From positions 1 through 53,954 of the forward strand of contig CAZCSS010000001.1 in the NCBI GenBank assembly GCA_964501515.1: DNA of 53,954 nucleotides. Reading direction: 5' to 3'. Shown one piece after another: positions 17,701 to 27,893 of this stretch. Under the pieces are notes generated by a model. The model did not search any database, was not told the origin of the DNA, and worked only from the letters and a program-made list of their open reading frames with translations. Origin of the DNA: an uncultured archaeon (lineage in GTDB: Archaea > Aenigmatarchaeota > Aenigmatarchaeia > QMZP01). Numbering within the stretch: position 1 is the stretch's first letter; every line of letters begins with the position of its first letter. The translations under genes were made by a program, and so were the position numbers.

Positions 17701-18099
17701 TCACTTTGTTTTCCTCCCCTCTATAAGGACTGCATTGGTGATGCCGTGCTGCCCTGTTCTCGAGGTTATCCTGGCCAGGCCGGCTTCGGTCTCCACGATT
17801 GCTCCTTTTGTAATTATGTTCCTTCTCACATAGTGCGGGTTGGCCGGGTTTTCCTTGACCGAGAGTAGTTTTGCCCTGCGTATCTTTCCTGTTCCGGGGT
17901 CAGCCACATTTATTCTCTCTATTGAGAGGAGTTTTCTCTTTACGTTCCCGCCAGCGGCTCTCGTGACCTTGACCTTTCTCTCGCCTATCCTGGTCTCAAA
18001 AAATCTCATCCCCCTCTGGGTTTTCTTCTTTTTTCTGAGGGTCTTCAGCCGGGCCCCGGTAGGGGTTCTTCTGGACCTGAGATGCCACAGGGTTGCCAT
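17701..18099 (-). CDS. rps8e: Ribosomal protein S8e
   Basis: WHLRSRRTPTG...GGNVKRKLL...ENPANPHYVRRNIITKGAIV. Confidence 0.9.
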   Translation of the reverse strand: MATLWHLRSRRTPTGARLKTLRKKKKTQRGMRFFETRIGERKVKVTRAAGGNVKRKLLSIERINVADPGTGKIRRAKLLSVKENPANPHYVRRNIITKGAIVETEAGLARITSRTGQHGITNAVLIEGRKTK

Positions 18100-18203
18100 A
18101 GCAAATATATTGCGTGTTCCATTTAAAAGCATTTCAGGAAAAGCAGCATGAAAAACGATAACTATTTAAAGTATGTGTTAATAAACAATGTTCAGTGATT
18201 GAA

Positions 18204-18419
18204 ATGCAGAGACCGCTGGATGTTCTTGGAAGTTCGCAGGACAAGAGAATACTGATAAGGACCAAGAAAGGGGATGATATTGTGGGCGTTCTCAAGGCCT
18301 TTGACTCGCATATAAATATATGGCTGGACGACGCAAAGATACAGGGGGAGAAAGAAATACAGCTCGGGAAGGTTCTTGTCCGCGGAGACAATATTGTATT
18401 TATCTCGCCGGGAAAATAA
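18204..18419 (+). CDS. Sm-like (LSm) RNA-binding protein
   Basis: The Sm1 and Sm2 motifs are ILIRTKKGDDIVGVLKAFDSHINIWLDDA and VLVRGDNIVFI. Confidence 0.9.
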   Translation: MQRPLDVLGSSQDKRILIRTKKGDDIVGVLKAFDSHINIWLDDAKIQGEKEIQLGKVLVRGDNIVFISPGK

Positions 18420-18467
18420 GCCGGACAGCGGGCTTTTTAATACAAAACAATACATTCAGGTGAAGAA

Positions 18468-18659
18468 ATGAGCAAGGGAACGCCATCTTTCGGGAAAAGG
18501 CAGAGAAAGAGTCATGTGGTGTGCAGGAGATGCGGCAAGCACTCCTATCACGCCAGGGATGGTGTGTGCTCTGCCTGCGGGTTTGGCAGGTCAAAAAGAA
18601 TAAAGAAATTCTCATGGCAATGGAAAGCGGCAACAGGGAAGGGAAACAGGCTCAAGTAA
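18468..18659 (+). CDS. rpl37e: Ribosomal protein L37e
   Basis: [25 protein letters not shown]...CSACGF. Confidence 0.95.
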   Translation: MSKGTPSFGKRQRKSHVVCRRCGKHSYHARDGVCSACGFGRSKRIKKFSWQWKAATGKGNRLK

Positions 18660-18703
18660 TCTTTTTGGAAAAAATATAAAGTTCCCTGCAACATTAATTA
18701 AAT

Positions 18704-19201
18704 ATGGCTTCTTCAGGCAACCGTAAACCAGCAGCAAAAAAGGCACGGACAAATCAACTCAGCCGCAAAAACCACCCCGGAAACAGCAAACCGAATCATT
18801 CCGCTGATCTCTCGCAAATGAGAATACAGGCGCTTCAGGCGCAGATGCGAGCCAAACCTACATTGGGGCAGAGGGCCGCTGACCTGACAACGAAATGGGT
18901 AGGAAGCTGGGTTTTCATATTCATGCTGTTTGTTTTCATGTTTGCCTGGATGATGCTGAACCTGTATCTTGCGGCCACCAGCAGATGGGACCCGTATCCT
19001 TTCATTCTTCTGAATTTCGTGCTGTCATGCCTTGCGGCAATCCAGGCGCCCATCATACTCATGTCCCAGAACAGGGCTGCTGACAGGGACAGGATTAAGG
19101 CAGAAAGGGATTATGCAGTTAACAGGAAGTCCGAGCGGGAGGTAGAGCAGATACAGAAGCAGCTTGAAACAATAAGGAATTTCCTGTACAAGAAGCTTTG
19201 A
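18704..19201 (+). CDS. DUF1003 membrane protein
   Basis: WDPYPFILLNFVLSCLAAIQAPIILMSQNR...DR...AERDYAVN. Confidence 0.8.
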   Translation: MASSGNRKPAAKKARTNQLSRKNHPGNSKPNHSADLSQMRIQALQAQMRAKPTLGQRAADLTTKWVGSWVFIFMLFVFMFAWMMLNLYLAATSRWDPYPFILLNFVLSCLAAIQAPIILMSQNRAADRDRIKAERDYAVNRKSEREVEQIQKQLETIRNFLYKKL

Positions 19202-21214
19202 CTAGCCATACTCTGTGACCTCGCCCATACCTGCCGGGATGACATTTTGAAAGTCATCCAGAGGAAGGTTTTCTATCAGCAGCTTGTCCTCCGGTTTGGC
19301 CTTGATGAGAATCTTGTTCTTTATTGTTCTCGCCAGTTCAAGGGACTTCTTGAAACCTGGTTTTATTGTGACAAAATAATCAGAATTCTTTCTGACAGCC
19401 ATCACAGGTCCTGCTATGACCTCTGCCCTGTCGGGGTCTTTGTGGAGCTTCACGCCTATTGACAGCTTGAGCTCAAGATTGCGGTACCATGTTCTTTCGC
19501 CCTGGACAAGGAACGAGCCCTTCGGGAGGTTCATTCCGCCCTTTGTCACCTGGTTCTTGCGGACAGAGAATATGTCTATGGTTCCAAGGCCCCTGTTCCA
19601 GGCCTTTGAGCTGGCAGCTGAGAATTCAGCCGCTTCTCTTTTTGTCTCATCAGGGACATCCATGCCCTGGGATTTTATGACAACAAACGCTGCCCCTGGT
19701 ATGTCAGCATGAAAGACAATGTCCCTGTCATCAGCGTATCTCTTGAGAAGGACTTCGTTCTGCTCGGCATTCCTGCCTGCCACAACAAGGAACCCGTCAG
19801 AAGAGAAGAACCACTTGAAATCCTCATACCACTTTTTTTTGGTGGGTTTTGCCTGCTCTTCAGGGTGCTTTGCGTCGCCCTCATCCACTGGTTCTTCGGC
19901 CCTGGTTTCCTGAACTTCAGGCCGCTCATGCGATTCCCTAACAGCATCAAGCCTGCGTTGCTGCTCGGACATGGCATCCTCTGCACCTGAATACTTTCCT
20001 CTGGCCCATTTGGCGTCCTCGTAATACCCGGCAGCATTCTCCTCCACTGTCTTCCTTATATCTATCTCAACCTCCTTTCCACCGAGGTCAAGCACCACCA
20101 CGCCGTCATTCTCTCTTATCTCTTTTATGGCCTCTGCTTCGGGTGTGCCTTCACCGGTTATTCTCTGCTTTATCTCCTCCCAGGAGAGGCCGGAATCCTT
20201 TGCCTTTCTTACCCCGTTCAGAACCCCCTGAACAGTGGAGTAGTGATTGTAAATGGCCTCGGCCGCTGCCCTGGAGTCGCGCTCTATTCTCCTCCATTTC
20301 TCAACAGCCTCTTCCTGCTTCTCAACTATGGTCTCTATCCTTTTCTCCTGCTCCTGAATCCTCTCTTTTTCATTCTCCTTTGCGATCTCAAGGTCAAGCC
20401 CTGAGAAAAACTCGTCAAGGGCCTTGGAAAACGACGGGAACGGCCTGGCTTCCTTGTTCTGTAGTGTCTTGAGAGGGAAGGGCGCAACGGCGTCCTGATA
20501 AACAACAGGCCTGAGTGGGGCATCCCTCAGGACGCGCAAAACCCTGTGCAAAGAGAGCATCTGCCCGCTTGCAAGGGAGCTGCAGGGTGTTCCGGGCTCC
20601 ACGCCGGCAACAGCGCAGATTTCATTTGCATACAATGAGCCGAATCCCAGATTAGAGGCAAGGAAGGCCGCAATCTTTGCCCCGGGATGCTTTCTTACAA
20701 TGGAGGAAAATTCGTCAAAATCCATCTCGAGCGGTTGCGGCCTGCGGGGAGGGTGACGATAGGGTTTTTTGGGAAGGATTTCCCTGTCCTTCCACCTCTG
20801 GATCTCCCTTGGCATGATTATGGTGTAGGAGGAGTCGCACAGAATCATATTGCCCGGGGGAACGAACTCTATCACCAGAATGCTTTCGTCAGTCTCGATT
20901 TCCACTATTCTGTCGAACTCGTGCTGCCTCACGTTCCGGATTCTTTTTCCCATGAGATGCTTCCTCAGGAACATGCAGAAGCTCGGCGGCTCCTGGGGCA
21001 CAGCCTTCTTTTTGTCTGTCAGGAAGATTCTGTCCCTGTCAGTATAGAGGAGCTTTGTTCCTTTTTCAGGCACAAAAAGCTCGAAGAGAAACTGCTTGCT
21101 CTTTCCGCCGTACTGATATATCTTCCTGAAAATCCCCCCAATGAGTTCGCTTCTAAGCTCAGGGATGAGGAACCTTATGTCAAGGGAGGTCATCTCGCTC
21201 TTGGTCTCGGACAT
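19202..21214 (-). CDS. NFACT-family ribosome quality control protein (FbpA/Rqc2-like)
   Basis: N-terminal NFACT-N, a coiled-coil segment, then WYEDFKWFFSSDGFLVVAGRNAEQNEVLLKRY (DUF814). Confidence 0.9.
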   Translation of the reverse strand: MSETKSEMTSLDIRFLIPELRSELIGGIFRKIYQYGGKSKQFLFELFVPEKGTKLLYTDRDRIFLTDKKKAVPQEPPSFCMFLRKHLMGKRIRNVRQHEFDRIVEIETDESILVIEFVPPGNMILCDSSYTIIMPREIQRWKDREILPKKPYRHPPRRPQPLEMDFDEFSSIVRKHPGAKIAAFLASNLGFGSLYANEICAVAGVEPGTPCSSLASGQMLSLHRVLRVLRDAPLRPVVYQDAVAPFPLKTLQNKEARPFPSFSKALDEFFSGLDLEIAKENEKERIQEQEKRIETIVEKQEEAVEKWRRIERDSRAAAEAIYNHYSTVQGVLNGVRKAKDSGLSWEEIKQRITGEGTPEAEAIKEIRENDGVVVLDLGGKEVEIDIRKTVEENAAGYYEDAKWARGKYSGAEDAMSEQQRRLDAVRESHERPEVQETRAEEPVDEGDAKHPEEQAKPTKKKWYEDFKWFFSSDGFLVVAGRNAEQNEVLLKRYADDRDIVFHADIPGAAFVVIKSQGMDVPDETKREAAEFSAASSKAWNRGLGTIDIFSVRKNQVTKGGMNLPKGSFLVQGERTWYRNLELKLSIGVKLHKDPDRAEVIAGPVMAVRKNSDYFVTIKPGFKKSLELARTIKNKILIKAKPEDKLLIENLPLDDFQNVIPAGMGEVTEYG

Positions 21215-21248
21215 AATAATTAATGAAAGAAGAGGTTTTATATAGCCT

Positions 21249-22004
21249 TTACAAAGGCAGGGAGAAGAATCTTACGGCGTTTTCTGTTGTGGCACTGTCT
21301 ATCTCTTCCGGGGTGGTTTTCCTTATTTCCGCCACCTTTCTGATTACTGAACCGACAGAAAGGGGCGTGTTTCTCCCGCCTTCCGGGGAAAGCCACGGGG
21401 CATCTGTTTCTGTCATCATTCTCTCAAGAGGAATGTCCCTGGCGATTTTCCTGTGCTTCTTGCTCCTCAGGACTATGTTGTTGAGAGAGATGAACCATCC
21501 GTTGTCAACGACCCTTTTGAGAAGGCGGTGTTCCCCAAACATATGGAGGAGGACATTCTCTGCGCTTTCCTGCTCAAGAATCTCCACAGCATCTTCAGAC
21601 GCGTCCCTGGCATGTATGACAAGCGGCTTGCCCAGTTCCTTTGAAAGGGAGATGAACGCCCTGAACATGGATTTCTGCTTTTCTCTCCACTCATTCTCCT
21701 TTGTCCAGAAGTAGTCAAGGCCTGTTTCTCCCACAGCAACCAGGTTTTCCCTGTTGTCACTGATTTTCTGGACGAACTCCTGGATTTCTTTCTCATGGAA
21801 ATCCTTAACATACTCGGGGTGGATGCTGCTTGTGGCGAAAACGAAATTCGGGTATTTTCTGGTAAGGTCCATTGCAAGTTCAAAGTCTCTCGGACTTGCG
21901 CAGGAGGTAATTACTGCCTTAAGGCGCTTTCTGCATTCCTGGATCACAGCATCCCTGTCCTTCTGATAGTCGGGCTGCTCCAGGTGGCAGTGAACATCAA
22001 TCAT
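21249..22004 (-). CDS. tatD: TatD-family metal-dependent hydrolase
   Basis: IDVHCHL, GETGLDY, VIHARDA and ETDAPW. The start is ATG 22004. Confidence 0.85.
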   Translation of the reverse strand: MIDVHCHLEQPDYQKDRDAVIQECRKRLKAVITSCASPRDFELAMDLTRKYPNFVFATSSIHPEYVKDFHEKEIQEFVQKISDNRENLVAVGETGLDYFWTKENEWREKQKSMFRAFISLSKELGKPLVIHARDASEDAVEILEQESAENVLLHMFGEHRLLKRVVDNGWFISLNNIVLRSKKHRKIARDIPLERMMTETDAPWLSPEGGRNTPLSVGSVIRKVAEIRKTTPEEIDSATTENAVRFFSLPL

Positions 22005-22008
22005 TGGT

Positions 22009-22761
22009 TCACCTGAAGAATTCAAGGGCATCGTCTATGGTGCTGACCTCGTTCACGGTTATCCCTGTTTCCTCCTGGATGTTTACCTGCTCCGGGAACT
22101 GCTGCACGCTGCATATCTGGGTGAACCCGTAGTTCTGGCAGGTCCTCTTTGATCTGAACACCGTAGTGTTGGACTGGGTATCAGGAACGAGAAAAATCCT
22201 GGCTCCTGTTGATTTTGCGGCCTCTGCCTTCTGCAGAATCCCCCCGACCCTTCCTATTGTTCCGTCAGGATTGATTGTTCCTGTAATCATCACGTCTGAT
22301 TTGGGTTCCCATCCTTCCAGAGCGGCTATGGTGGCCACTGTAAGGGCAGCCCCTGCCGAGGGGCCTTCAATCACCATGGCGTCGGCTTTTATGGTGTATA
22401 TAATGTCGTATTTTGACAGGTCTTTTCCGGTGACCTTCTGGGCAACCTCACTGGCCGTTCGAATAGATGTCTGGGTGTCTGTCCAGAAAAGCAGCTTGTC
22501 AATGTTCACGAGCATCTTTCCCGAGCCCTTCTCAACCTGGACCAGGAGCGTGGTGGCCACTCCTTCCCCCTTGCTGTCAACAGCAGGAACAAGGATGCTG
22601 GTGACGGAGCCGTTTATGCTTTCAGGCTCTATGAAAGTGGCATAGAAGTTGTCCTCGTGGGGATATTCGCTGTAAACGAATATGGTCTGGGAACTCAGGA
22701 AACCTCCAAGGTATGCACCTATAACAAGGCCTGCAAGCATGAAGAGGATTCGCGTCTTCAT
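22009..22761 (-). CDS. Membrane-anchored Lon-like S16 serine protease domain protein, with no ATPase domain
   Basis: N-terminal TM helix, then EGPSAGAALTVA...ITGTINPDGTIGRVGGILQKAEAA. Confidence 0.85.
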   Translation of the reverse strand: MKTRILFMLAGLVIGAYLGGFLSSQTIFVYSEYPHEDNFYATFIEPESINGSVTSILVPAVDSKGEGVATTLLVQVEKGSGKMLVNIDKLLFWTDTQTSIRTASEVAQKVTGKDLSKYDIIYTIKADAMVIEGPSAGAALTVATIAALEGWEPKSDVMITGTINPDGTIGRVGGILQKAEAAKSTGARIFLVPDTQSNTTVFRSKRTCQNYGFTQICSVQQFPEQVNIQEETGITVNEVSTIDDALEFFR

Positions 22762-22803
22762 GATAATAATTCACAGGGGTTAATTAAAGGTTTGTTTCAG
22801 CAG

Positions 22804-23622
22804 TCAGATATCAATCCTTCTGAACTCAACGCTGCCCACACCAAGCTCCTTTGAGAGCCGGATGTGGTCAACATCCTTCCATGTCTTTTTTCTGAGGGCA
22901 GCCTCAGTCTCCGAAAGTAGCTCAAAGCCCGCGCAGTCCAGGGCAACAGGATCGCTTCCTGCGAGCATGCAACCCAGCTCGGCCACCACGCCGCCGTGAC
23001 GCGCTTCGTTTGCCCTCCTGTAGGTCTGAACAGCGTCCATTATGGTGAGGTCCGGCTTCAGGACAAGATTCAGGTTTGCGATTCCCCTGTGGATGTTTTT
23101 GAGCCTCGTGTGCATTAAAATCCTTTCCCTGATTTTGAGATAGCCGAACTGGTTCTTGAGAGCCCCTGTGATGCCTGTAGCTGGGTGGCATTTCAGAACA
23201 GGGAGGGATATCCAGTAGTCATACTCAAAAGGAATTTCAGACACCCTCAGGGATCCGGCTCCGGCCTTTCTCTTGGCGAACTTGCACTCGTGGAGGTTTA
23301 TCAGTTCAACATCGAATTTTGAGCACGTGGCGTTAAGAGGGTGGTTTTCGATTATCCTGTGCGACTTTCCTGCATCAGGGGCAGGCCCGTCGCCCACGCC
23401 AATTCCGCATCCTTCCTTGTCAAGAAAGGTGAGCACTGTTTCCAGTGTTTCAGGGTGCGTTGTGGTGGGATAGCCTTCCCAGGAGACAATGTTGGGCTTC
23501 ACAAAGACCTTCTTGCCGGAGAATTCTTTCCTGAACACGCTCATTACTGCTCTGACAAAATCAGGCCTGCTGAAGGTTTTTCTGAAATAGACGTCGGAAA
23601 CCATGCTTTTATTTATTTTCAA
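22804..23622 (-). CDS. DUF362 domain protein
   Basis: KKVFVKPNIVS...GVGDGPA pattern. Confidence 0.65.
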   Translation of the reverse strand: MKINKSMVSDVYFRKTFSRPDFVRAVMSVFRKEFSGKKVFVKPNIVSWEGYPTTTHPETLETVLTFLDKEGCGIGVGDGPAPDAGKSHRIIENHPLNATCSKFDVELINLHECKFAKRKAGAGSLRVSEIPFEYDYWISLPVLKCHPATGITGALKNQFGYLKIRERILMHTRLKNIHRGIANLNLVLKPDLTIMDAVQTYRRANEARHGGVVAELGCMLAGSDPVALDCAGFELLSETEAALRKKTWKDVDHIRLSKELGVGSVEFRRIDI

Positions 23623-23685
23623 TATTTATTACTTATCCGAGATGGTTCAGTTTCTGAACCGGTTGTTTTCAACTCCAGTGATAAT

Positions 23686-25854
23686 ATGACCGAAGAGGAT
23701 GTTGTTTCCAGGGTTCTCGAGTCTTCCGGACTGCAAAAACTAAACCCTGTGCAGAAGAAGGCACTGGACAAGGGTCTTCTTAGCAGGAAGAACATGGTGG
23801 TATGCGCTCCCACTGCATCGGGAAAGACGCTGATAGCTGAGATTGCCGCGCTTGACGCCGTGCTGAACAGGAAAAAGAAGACGCTGTACATAGTTCCCCT
23901 GAGGGCGCTGGCTTCTGAGAAATATGAGGAGTTCAGGGAAAAGTACAAGGGACTCCTAAGGGTGGGAATAAGCGTGGGCGACCTGGACAGGGCCGACCCG
24001 TGGCTGTCGGAGAGGGATCTTATTATAGTGACTTCAGAGAAGCTTGATTCCCTTCTGAGACACGGGGTTTCCTGGGCTCATGAAGTGGGGCTTGTGATAG
24101 TTGATGAGATTCATTTGCTGGACTCTCCTGACAGGGGCCCCACACTGGAGGTGGTTCTTACACGGCTGATGCAGGTTTCTGAACCTGTTGTGCTTGGTCT
24201 CTCGGCCACGATAAGCAATTATCTTGACCTGGCCGAATGGTTGAATGCTGTTCCCGTCAGGTCTGATTACAGGCCTGTTAAGCTTTATATCGGGGTTTCA
24301 GAGGGGGAGAAGGTTTACTTCAACCCTGAGAGGGAGCTGGAACTGGATGCAGGGAAGGACGCACTCAGGGCGCTTGTGGAGCACACGCTGGAAAGGGGAA
24401 AGCAGGCGCTGGTTTTCATAAACACCAGGAGGAATGCAGAATCAGGAGCTGAGAAGCTCGGGGTGTATGTAAGGAGGGCGCTTTCTGACAGGGACAGGGC
24501 ACATCTTAGAGGGGTTTCCGAGGCTGTGCTCAGGGTGCTGGAGAGGCCAACCAGGCAGTGCGAAAGGCTCTCCAGCATGGTTCTGGATGGCGTGGCCTTC
24601 CATCATGCAGGTCTTACAAATGAGCAGAGGTCTGTTATAGAGAAGGGCTTCAGGGAAGGGTTCATAAAGATTCTCACTGCCACCCCTACTCTTGCTGCGG
24701 GAATCAATTTGCCGGCATGGAGGGTGATAGTGAAGGATATCAAAAGATTCGGCAGGGGAGGGATGGACTACATTCCTGTTCTTGAGATACATCAGATGGT
24801 TGGAAGGGCGGGAAGGCCCAAATATGACAAGGAAGGTGAAGGGATTTTGATTGCAAAGGACGAAAACGAGGCCAGGCTTGTGTGGGACAGGTACGTTACA
24901 GGCCAGCCTGAGAACATCCATTCAAAGCTGGGGGTGGAACCTGTTCTCAGGATGCATGCTCTCGCTCTGGTGGCGTCAGGGGCGTGCCCTTCGACGAGGA
25001 GCCTGTTTGAGTTCTTTGGCAGGACCTTCTATGCGCACCAGTACGGCGACATGAGCGGGCTTGAGAACCTGCTTGCAAAGGTGGTCGGCCAGCTCAAGGG
25101 ATTCGGGTTCATAAAGGGCTCTGCGGGGGGTGATGAAGGGTTTGGAGAATTCAAATCAGGACTTTCTATCCAGGAGGCTGCGGAAGAGCGGCTATGGCCT
25201 ACGAGAATCGGAAGGCGTGTTTCAGAGCTTTATTTAGACCCTCTGACTGCGCATAATCTCATAAAGAACATGGTTGTTCTTGAGGAAAGGGGGACCAATG
25301 ACTTCGGGGTTCTTCACCTGATTTCAAACACAATAGAGATGATGCCTTTTCTGAACGTTCGGAAAGGGGATATGGAAGGGCTTGATGAGATGCTGGCCAG
25401 GCATGAGCCCTTTCTCGCTGAAAGGCCGCCTGACCCCTGGGACATAGAGTATGATGATTACATGCGTTCTGTCAAGACGGCCTGGATGTTCAAGGAGTGG
25501 ATTGAGGAGGCGGGGGAGGACATCATACTGGACAGTTTTGCTGTGACGCCCGGAGAGCTCAGGGTCAGGCTTTCCAATGCGGACTGGCTGCTTTACTCAG
25601 CTTATGAGCTTGGGCTGCTTGTTAAGCTGAAGGGCACAATAAAGGAGCTTCGAAGGGTGAGGATAAGGGTGAAGTATGGGGTGAAGGAGGAGCTCCTGCC
25701 GCTGGTGAGACTGAAGGGAATCGGCAGGGCAAGGGCCAGAAAGCTGTTCATCTCAGGAATCAGAAGTGTTTCTGATATCAGAAAGGTACCTGTCAGAAAC
25801 CTGGAAAGGATTGTGGGAGCTGCAACTGCAAGGAAGATAAAGGAGCAGGTGTGA
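23686..25854 (+). CDS. hel308: Hel308/Ski2-like ATP-dependent DNA helicase
   Basis: CAPTASGKT, DEIHLL, SAT, HHAGL, TPTLAAGINLPA and GRAGRP. The start is ATG 23686; the upstream part of the track ORF is antisense to the DUF362 gene. Confidence 0.9.
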   Translation: MTEEDVVSRVLESSGLQKLNPVQKKALDKGLLSRKNMVVCAPTASGKTLIAEIAALDAVLNRKKKTLYIVPLRALASEKYEEFREKYKGLLRVGISVGDLDRADPWLSERDLIIVTSEKLDSLLRHGVSWAHEVGLVIVDEIHLLDSPDRGPTLEVVLTRLMQVSEPVVLGLSATISNYLDLAEWLNAVPVRSDYRPVKLYIGVSEGEKVYFNPERELELDAGKDALRALVEHTLERGKQALVFINTRRNAESGAEKLGVYVRRALSDRDRAHLRGVSEAVLRVLERPTRQCERLSSMVLDGVAFHHAGLTNEQRSVIEKGFREGFIKILTATPTLAAGINLPAWRVIVKDIKRFGRGGMDYIPVLEIHQMVGRAGRPKYDKEGEGILIAKDENEARLVWDRYVTGQPENIHSKLGVEPVLRMHALALVASGACPSTRSLFEFFGRTFYAHQYGDMSGLENLLAKVVGQLKGFGFIKGSAGGDEGFGEFKSGLSIQEAAEERLWPTRIGRRVSELYLDPLTAHNLIKNMVVLEERGTNDFGVLHLISNTIEMMPFLNVRKGDMEGLDEMLARHEPFLAERPPDPWDIEYDDYMRSVKTAWMFKEWIEEAGEDIILDSFAVTPGELRVRLSNADWLLYSAYELGLLVKLKGTIKELRRVRIRVKYGVKEELLPLVRLKGIGRARARKLFISGIRSVSDIRKVPVRNLERIVGAATARKIKEQV

Positions 25855-25858
25855 TGGG

Positions 25859-26263
25859 ATGGCTAGAACTGAAACTGTGAAAATTGCATATCAGGGAAGG
25901 TTTGTTTGCGAGGCCGGGGTTGCAAGGTCTTTCTGGAGCAAGACCAAAGGCCTGATGTTCAGGCCCTCTCTTGGGAAGGGTAAGGGGCTTCTTATGGAAT
26001 TCGAAAATGAAGGAAAACCGGGGATATGGATGCTGTTCATGAGGTTCCCGATTGACATAATCTTCCTGGACAGGGCTTTCAGGGTGGTGGGCATCAGGGA
26101 GAACGTCCCTCCTGTGGGATGGAGGCCTTCAAGCTGGAAGGTTTACTATCCTGACAGGCCTGCAAGGTATGTGCTGGAGGTCAGGGCAGGGACGGCTGGG
26201 AGAATAGGGGCTGGTTTGGGAAGTTCTCTCGCAGTTAATTTTGATGCGTCCGAAGGCAACTAA
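25859..26263 (+). CDS. DUF192 protein
   Basis: TKGLMFR...WMLFMRFPIDIIFLD pattern. Confidence 0.75.
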   Translation: MARTETVKIAYQGRFVCEAGVARSFWSKTKGLMFRPSLGKGKGLLMEFENEGKPGIWMLFMRFPIDIIFLDRAFRVVGIRENVPPVGWRPSSWKVYYPDRPARYVLEVRAGTAGRIGAGLGSSLAVNFDASEGN

Positions 26264-27093
26264 GCCTGTCTTCCATATACAACATAATCCTTTGCAGGAA
26301 GCCCGTAAAGTGCATTAATCATGCCTGTAATCACTTTATACTGAGAAAGGATAAACGGGTCCAACAGCCTTTTTGCCTTTTCTCCGCCCTTTTCTTTGAG
26401 TTTTTTAAGCGGCTTCTCAATGAAAGGGTCGAATATGAGGCTATCGAATATCTTATAAGCTATTGTCTGGGTTATAAAATATTTTGAAAGTCCCCAGTCA
26501 AAACCATCTTTCATGTCTTTATATGCCCTTTTGAAATTTCCTGATGTAATTAGTTCTTCCATAATGGTCCTGAATGGTTTTGTGGTTGGTATGTCAATGA
26601 CATAAATGTTATTGCCTATATCCTTTCCCTTTAATCTGCCCTTATTAACATAATACCTCAGAGCGTCATTTATGAATTCAACATGTATCCTGTTTGTGTC
26701 CTCAAGGTCAACGTGATCTCCGTTTGTAAGCCTTTTGGCAGAACCCCATTCAGTAAAGTCAGTGTCATAAAGATCAAGCGATAATTCAACAAGTTTCCCT
26801 GAAGTGTATCCAGTAATTCTCCCGTTCTCGTCAAAACCCGTAATCTGATCTAGTCTCTCCAGTGGCTCTTCGCTTTCGGTGTCATAGGTTCTGAGACCAA
26901 TAATATCGTCTCCCTGTATTACGATTTCTCTTGCTTTCTTGCTGTCGTAGGGACCGCCGTCAAGGCCGAAGCCATAAATGTCCCCTAGAAGGTCATAGGT
27001 TTTTCTGCTTGTGGTCCAGACCTTTATCCCGTCAGCTAGTGCTTCTGTAAAAACATCTTTTAGTGCATTATATGTATTTTTTACCCTTGACAT
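26260..27093 (-). CDS. Hypothetical protein, 277 aa; gene 3 of the orphan operon
   Basis: Clean AT-rich ORF with GGGTGAT 4 nt upstream of ATG 27093. I recognise no motif and see no TM segments. Confidence 0.55.
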   Translation of the reverse strand: MSRVKNTYNALKDVFTEALADGIKVWTTSRKTYDLLGDIYGFGLDGGPYDSKKAREIVIQGDDIIGLRTYDTESEEPLERLDQITGFDENGRITGYTSGKLVELSLDLYDTDFTEWGSAKRLTNGDHVDLEDTNRIHVEFINDALRYYVNKGRLKGKDIGNNIYVIDIPTTKPFRTIMEELITSGNFKRAYKDMKDGFDWGLSKYFITQTIAYKIFDSLIFDPFIEKPLKKLKEKGGEKAKRLLDPFILSQYKVITGMINALYGLPAKDYVVYGRQA

Positions 27094-27104
27094 ATCAATC
27101 ACCC

Positions 27105-27740
27105 TTATGCCGCCTCCTTCAGTCGCCTCTCAAAAGTCCTGGTGTTCTCTCCGAGTTCGTCGTTCCTGAGCTCCTGCATGGCCTCTGCTGCCAGGTAGGC
27201 CCGGGGGTTGAACTCCTTCAGTGTTTCTATTGAAAGATAGTTTGACATTGCGTGCTTCATGTCGCTGTTGTCCATATATTCAATGCCGTAGGCCTGTTTG
27301 GTCTTGACATCAGCTATCTCATGGGCTATGACTGCATCAAGTATGGCTTTATCAAGTGTTTTTCCTATCATCCCTGTTCTTTTGGCAACTTCTCTGTAAG
27401 CATTATCACCTATCACACCGCGGATATCACTCTGCCTGGGGACATATATCCTGTTGCCTATGTTAAAGGCAAACGACTTCCTCTTAAGGAATTCGCTCTT
27501 CGGGGCTGTCCTTATCCTGTAATCGGGGTGCTCATCGCTGCCAGAAATGATATATCTTTCAAGAGCGTCGGCTATCGCAAGATAGTTTCTGAATATTTCA
27601 CTGTTCGATTCGAGATAATTAGTGGCCTTCTCAGCAAGTTTATCGAGAGCAGCGAGTGTTCTGCCTTTGATATATTGCCCTATAGAATTATCAGCATACA
27701 AATCTTCAAGTCCTGTTTTCAGGGGAATCTTTCTGGTCAT
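27105..27740 (-). CDS. Hypothetical protein, 211 aa; gene 2 of the orphan operon
   Basis: GGAGG lies 6 nt upstream of ATG 27740, and that ATG follows the stop of the upstream small ORF after a single nucleotide (TAG T ATG). Mostly helical and charged. It contains AHEIAD, which is not a canonical HExxH. Confidence 0.55.
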   Translation of the reverse strand: MTRKIPLKTGLEDLYADNSIGQYIKGRTLAALDKLAEKATNYLESNSEIFRNYLAIADALERYIISGSDEHPDYRIRTAPKSEFLKRKSFAFNIGNRIYVPRQSDIRGVIGDNAYREVAKRTGMIGKTLDKAILDAVIAHEIADVKTKQAYGIEYMDNSDMKHAMSNYLSIETLKEFNPRAYLAAEAMQELRNDELGENTRTFERRLKEAA

Positions 27741-27741
27741 A

Positions 27742-27861
27742 CTAATCCTCCGTGCCTTCAAGCCTGTCCGTTTCTCCAAGGCCGCCCAGTTCATAATCCC
27801 TGTAAAGCTTTTTATTCATTTCCCGTATCTTCCTGAGCAGCTTTTGGTCGTTCTCGTTCAT
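27742..27861 (-). CDS. Small hypothetical protein, 39 aa; gene 1 of the orphan operon
   Basis: MNENDQKLLRKIREMNKKLYRDYELGGLGETDRLEGTED. It is below the cutoff of the ORF track. It is tightly coupled to gene 2 and sits directly after a TATA box and a palindrome. Confidence 0.4.
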   Translation of the reverse strand: MNENDQKLLRKIREMNKKLYRDYELGGLGETDRLEGTED

Positions 27862-27870
27862 CTTACCACT

Positions 27871-27893
27871 TTGTCACTATTTAACAGTGACAA
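27871..27893. promoter_or_regulatory. Perfect inverted repeat TTGTCACT-N7-AGTGACAA; candidate operator
   Basis: It lies between a TATA-like tatataattataaa (minus-strand reading, 27895-27910) and ATG 27861. Confidence 0.45.

Noticed and set aside
27105-27740. The AHEIAD motif read as a zinc metalloprotease (HExxH) site in the 211-aa orphan protein
   Set aside because: The second histidine is replaced by Asp, and I see no downstream third ligand motif. This is not enough to call a protease.
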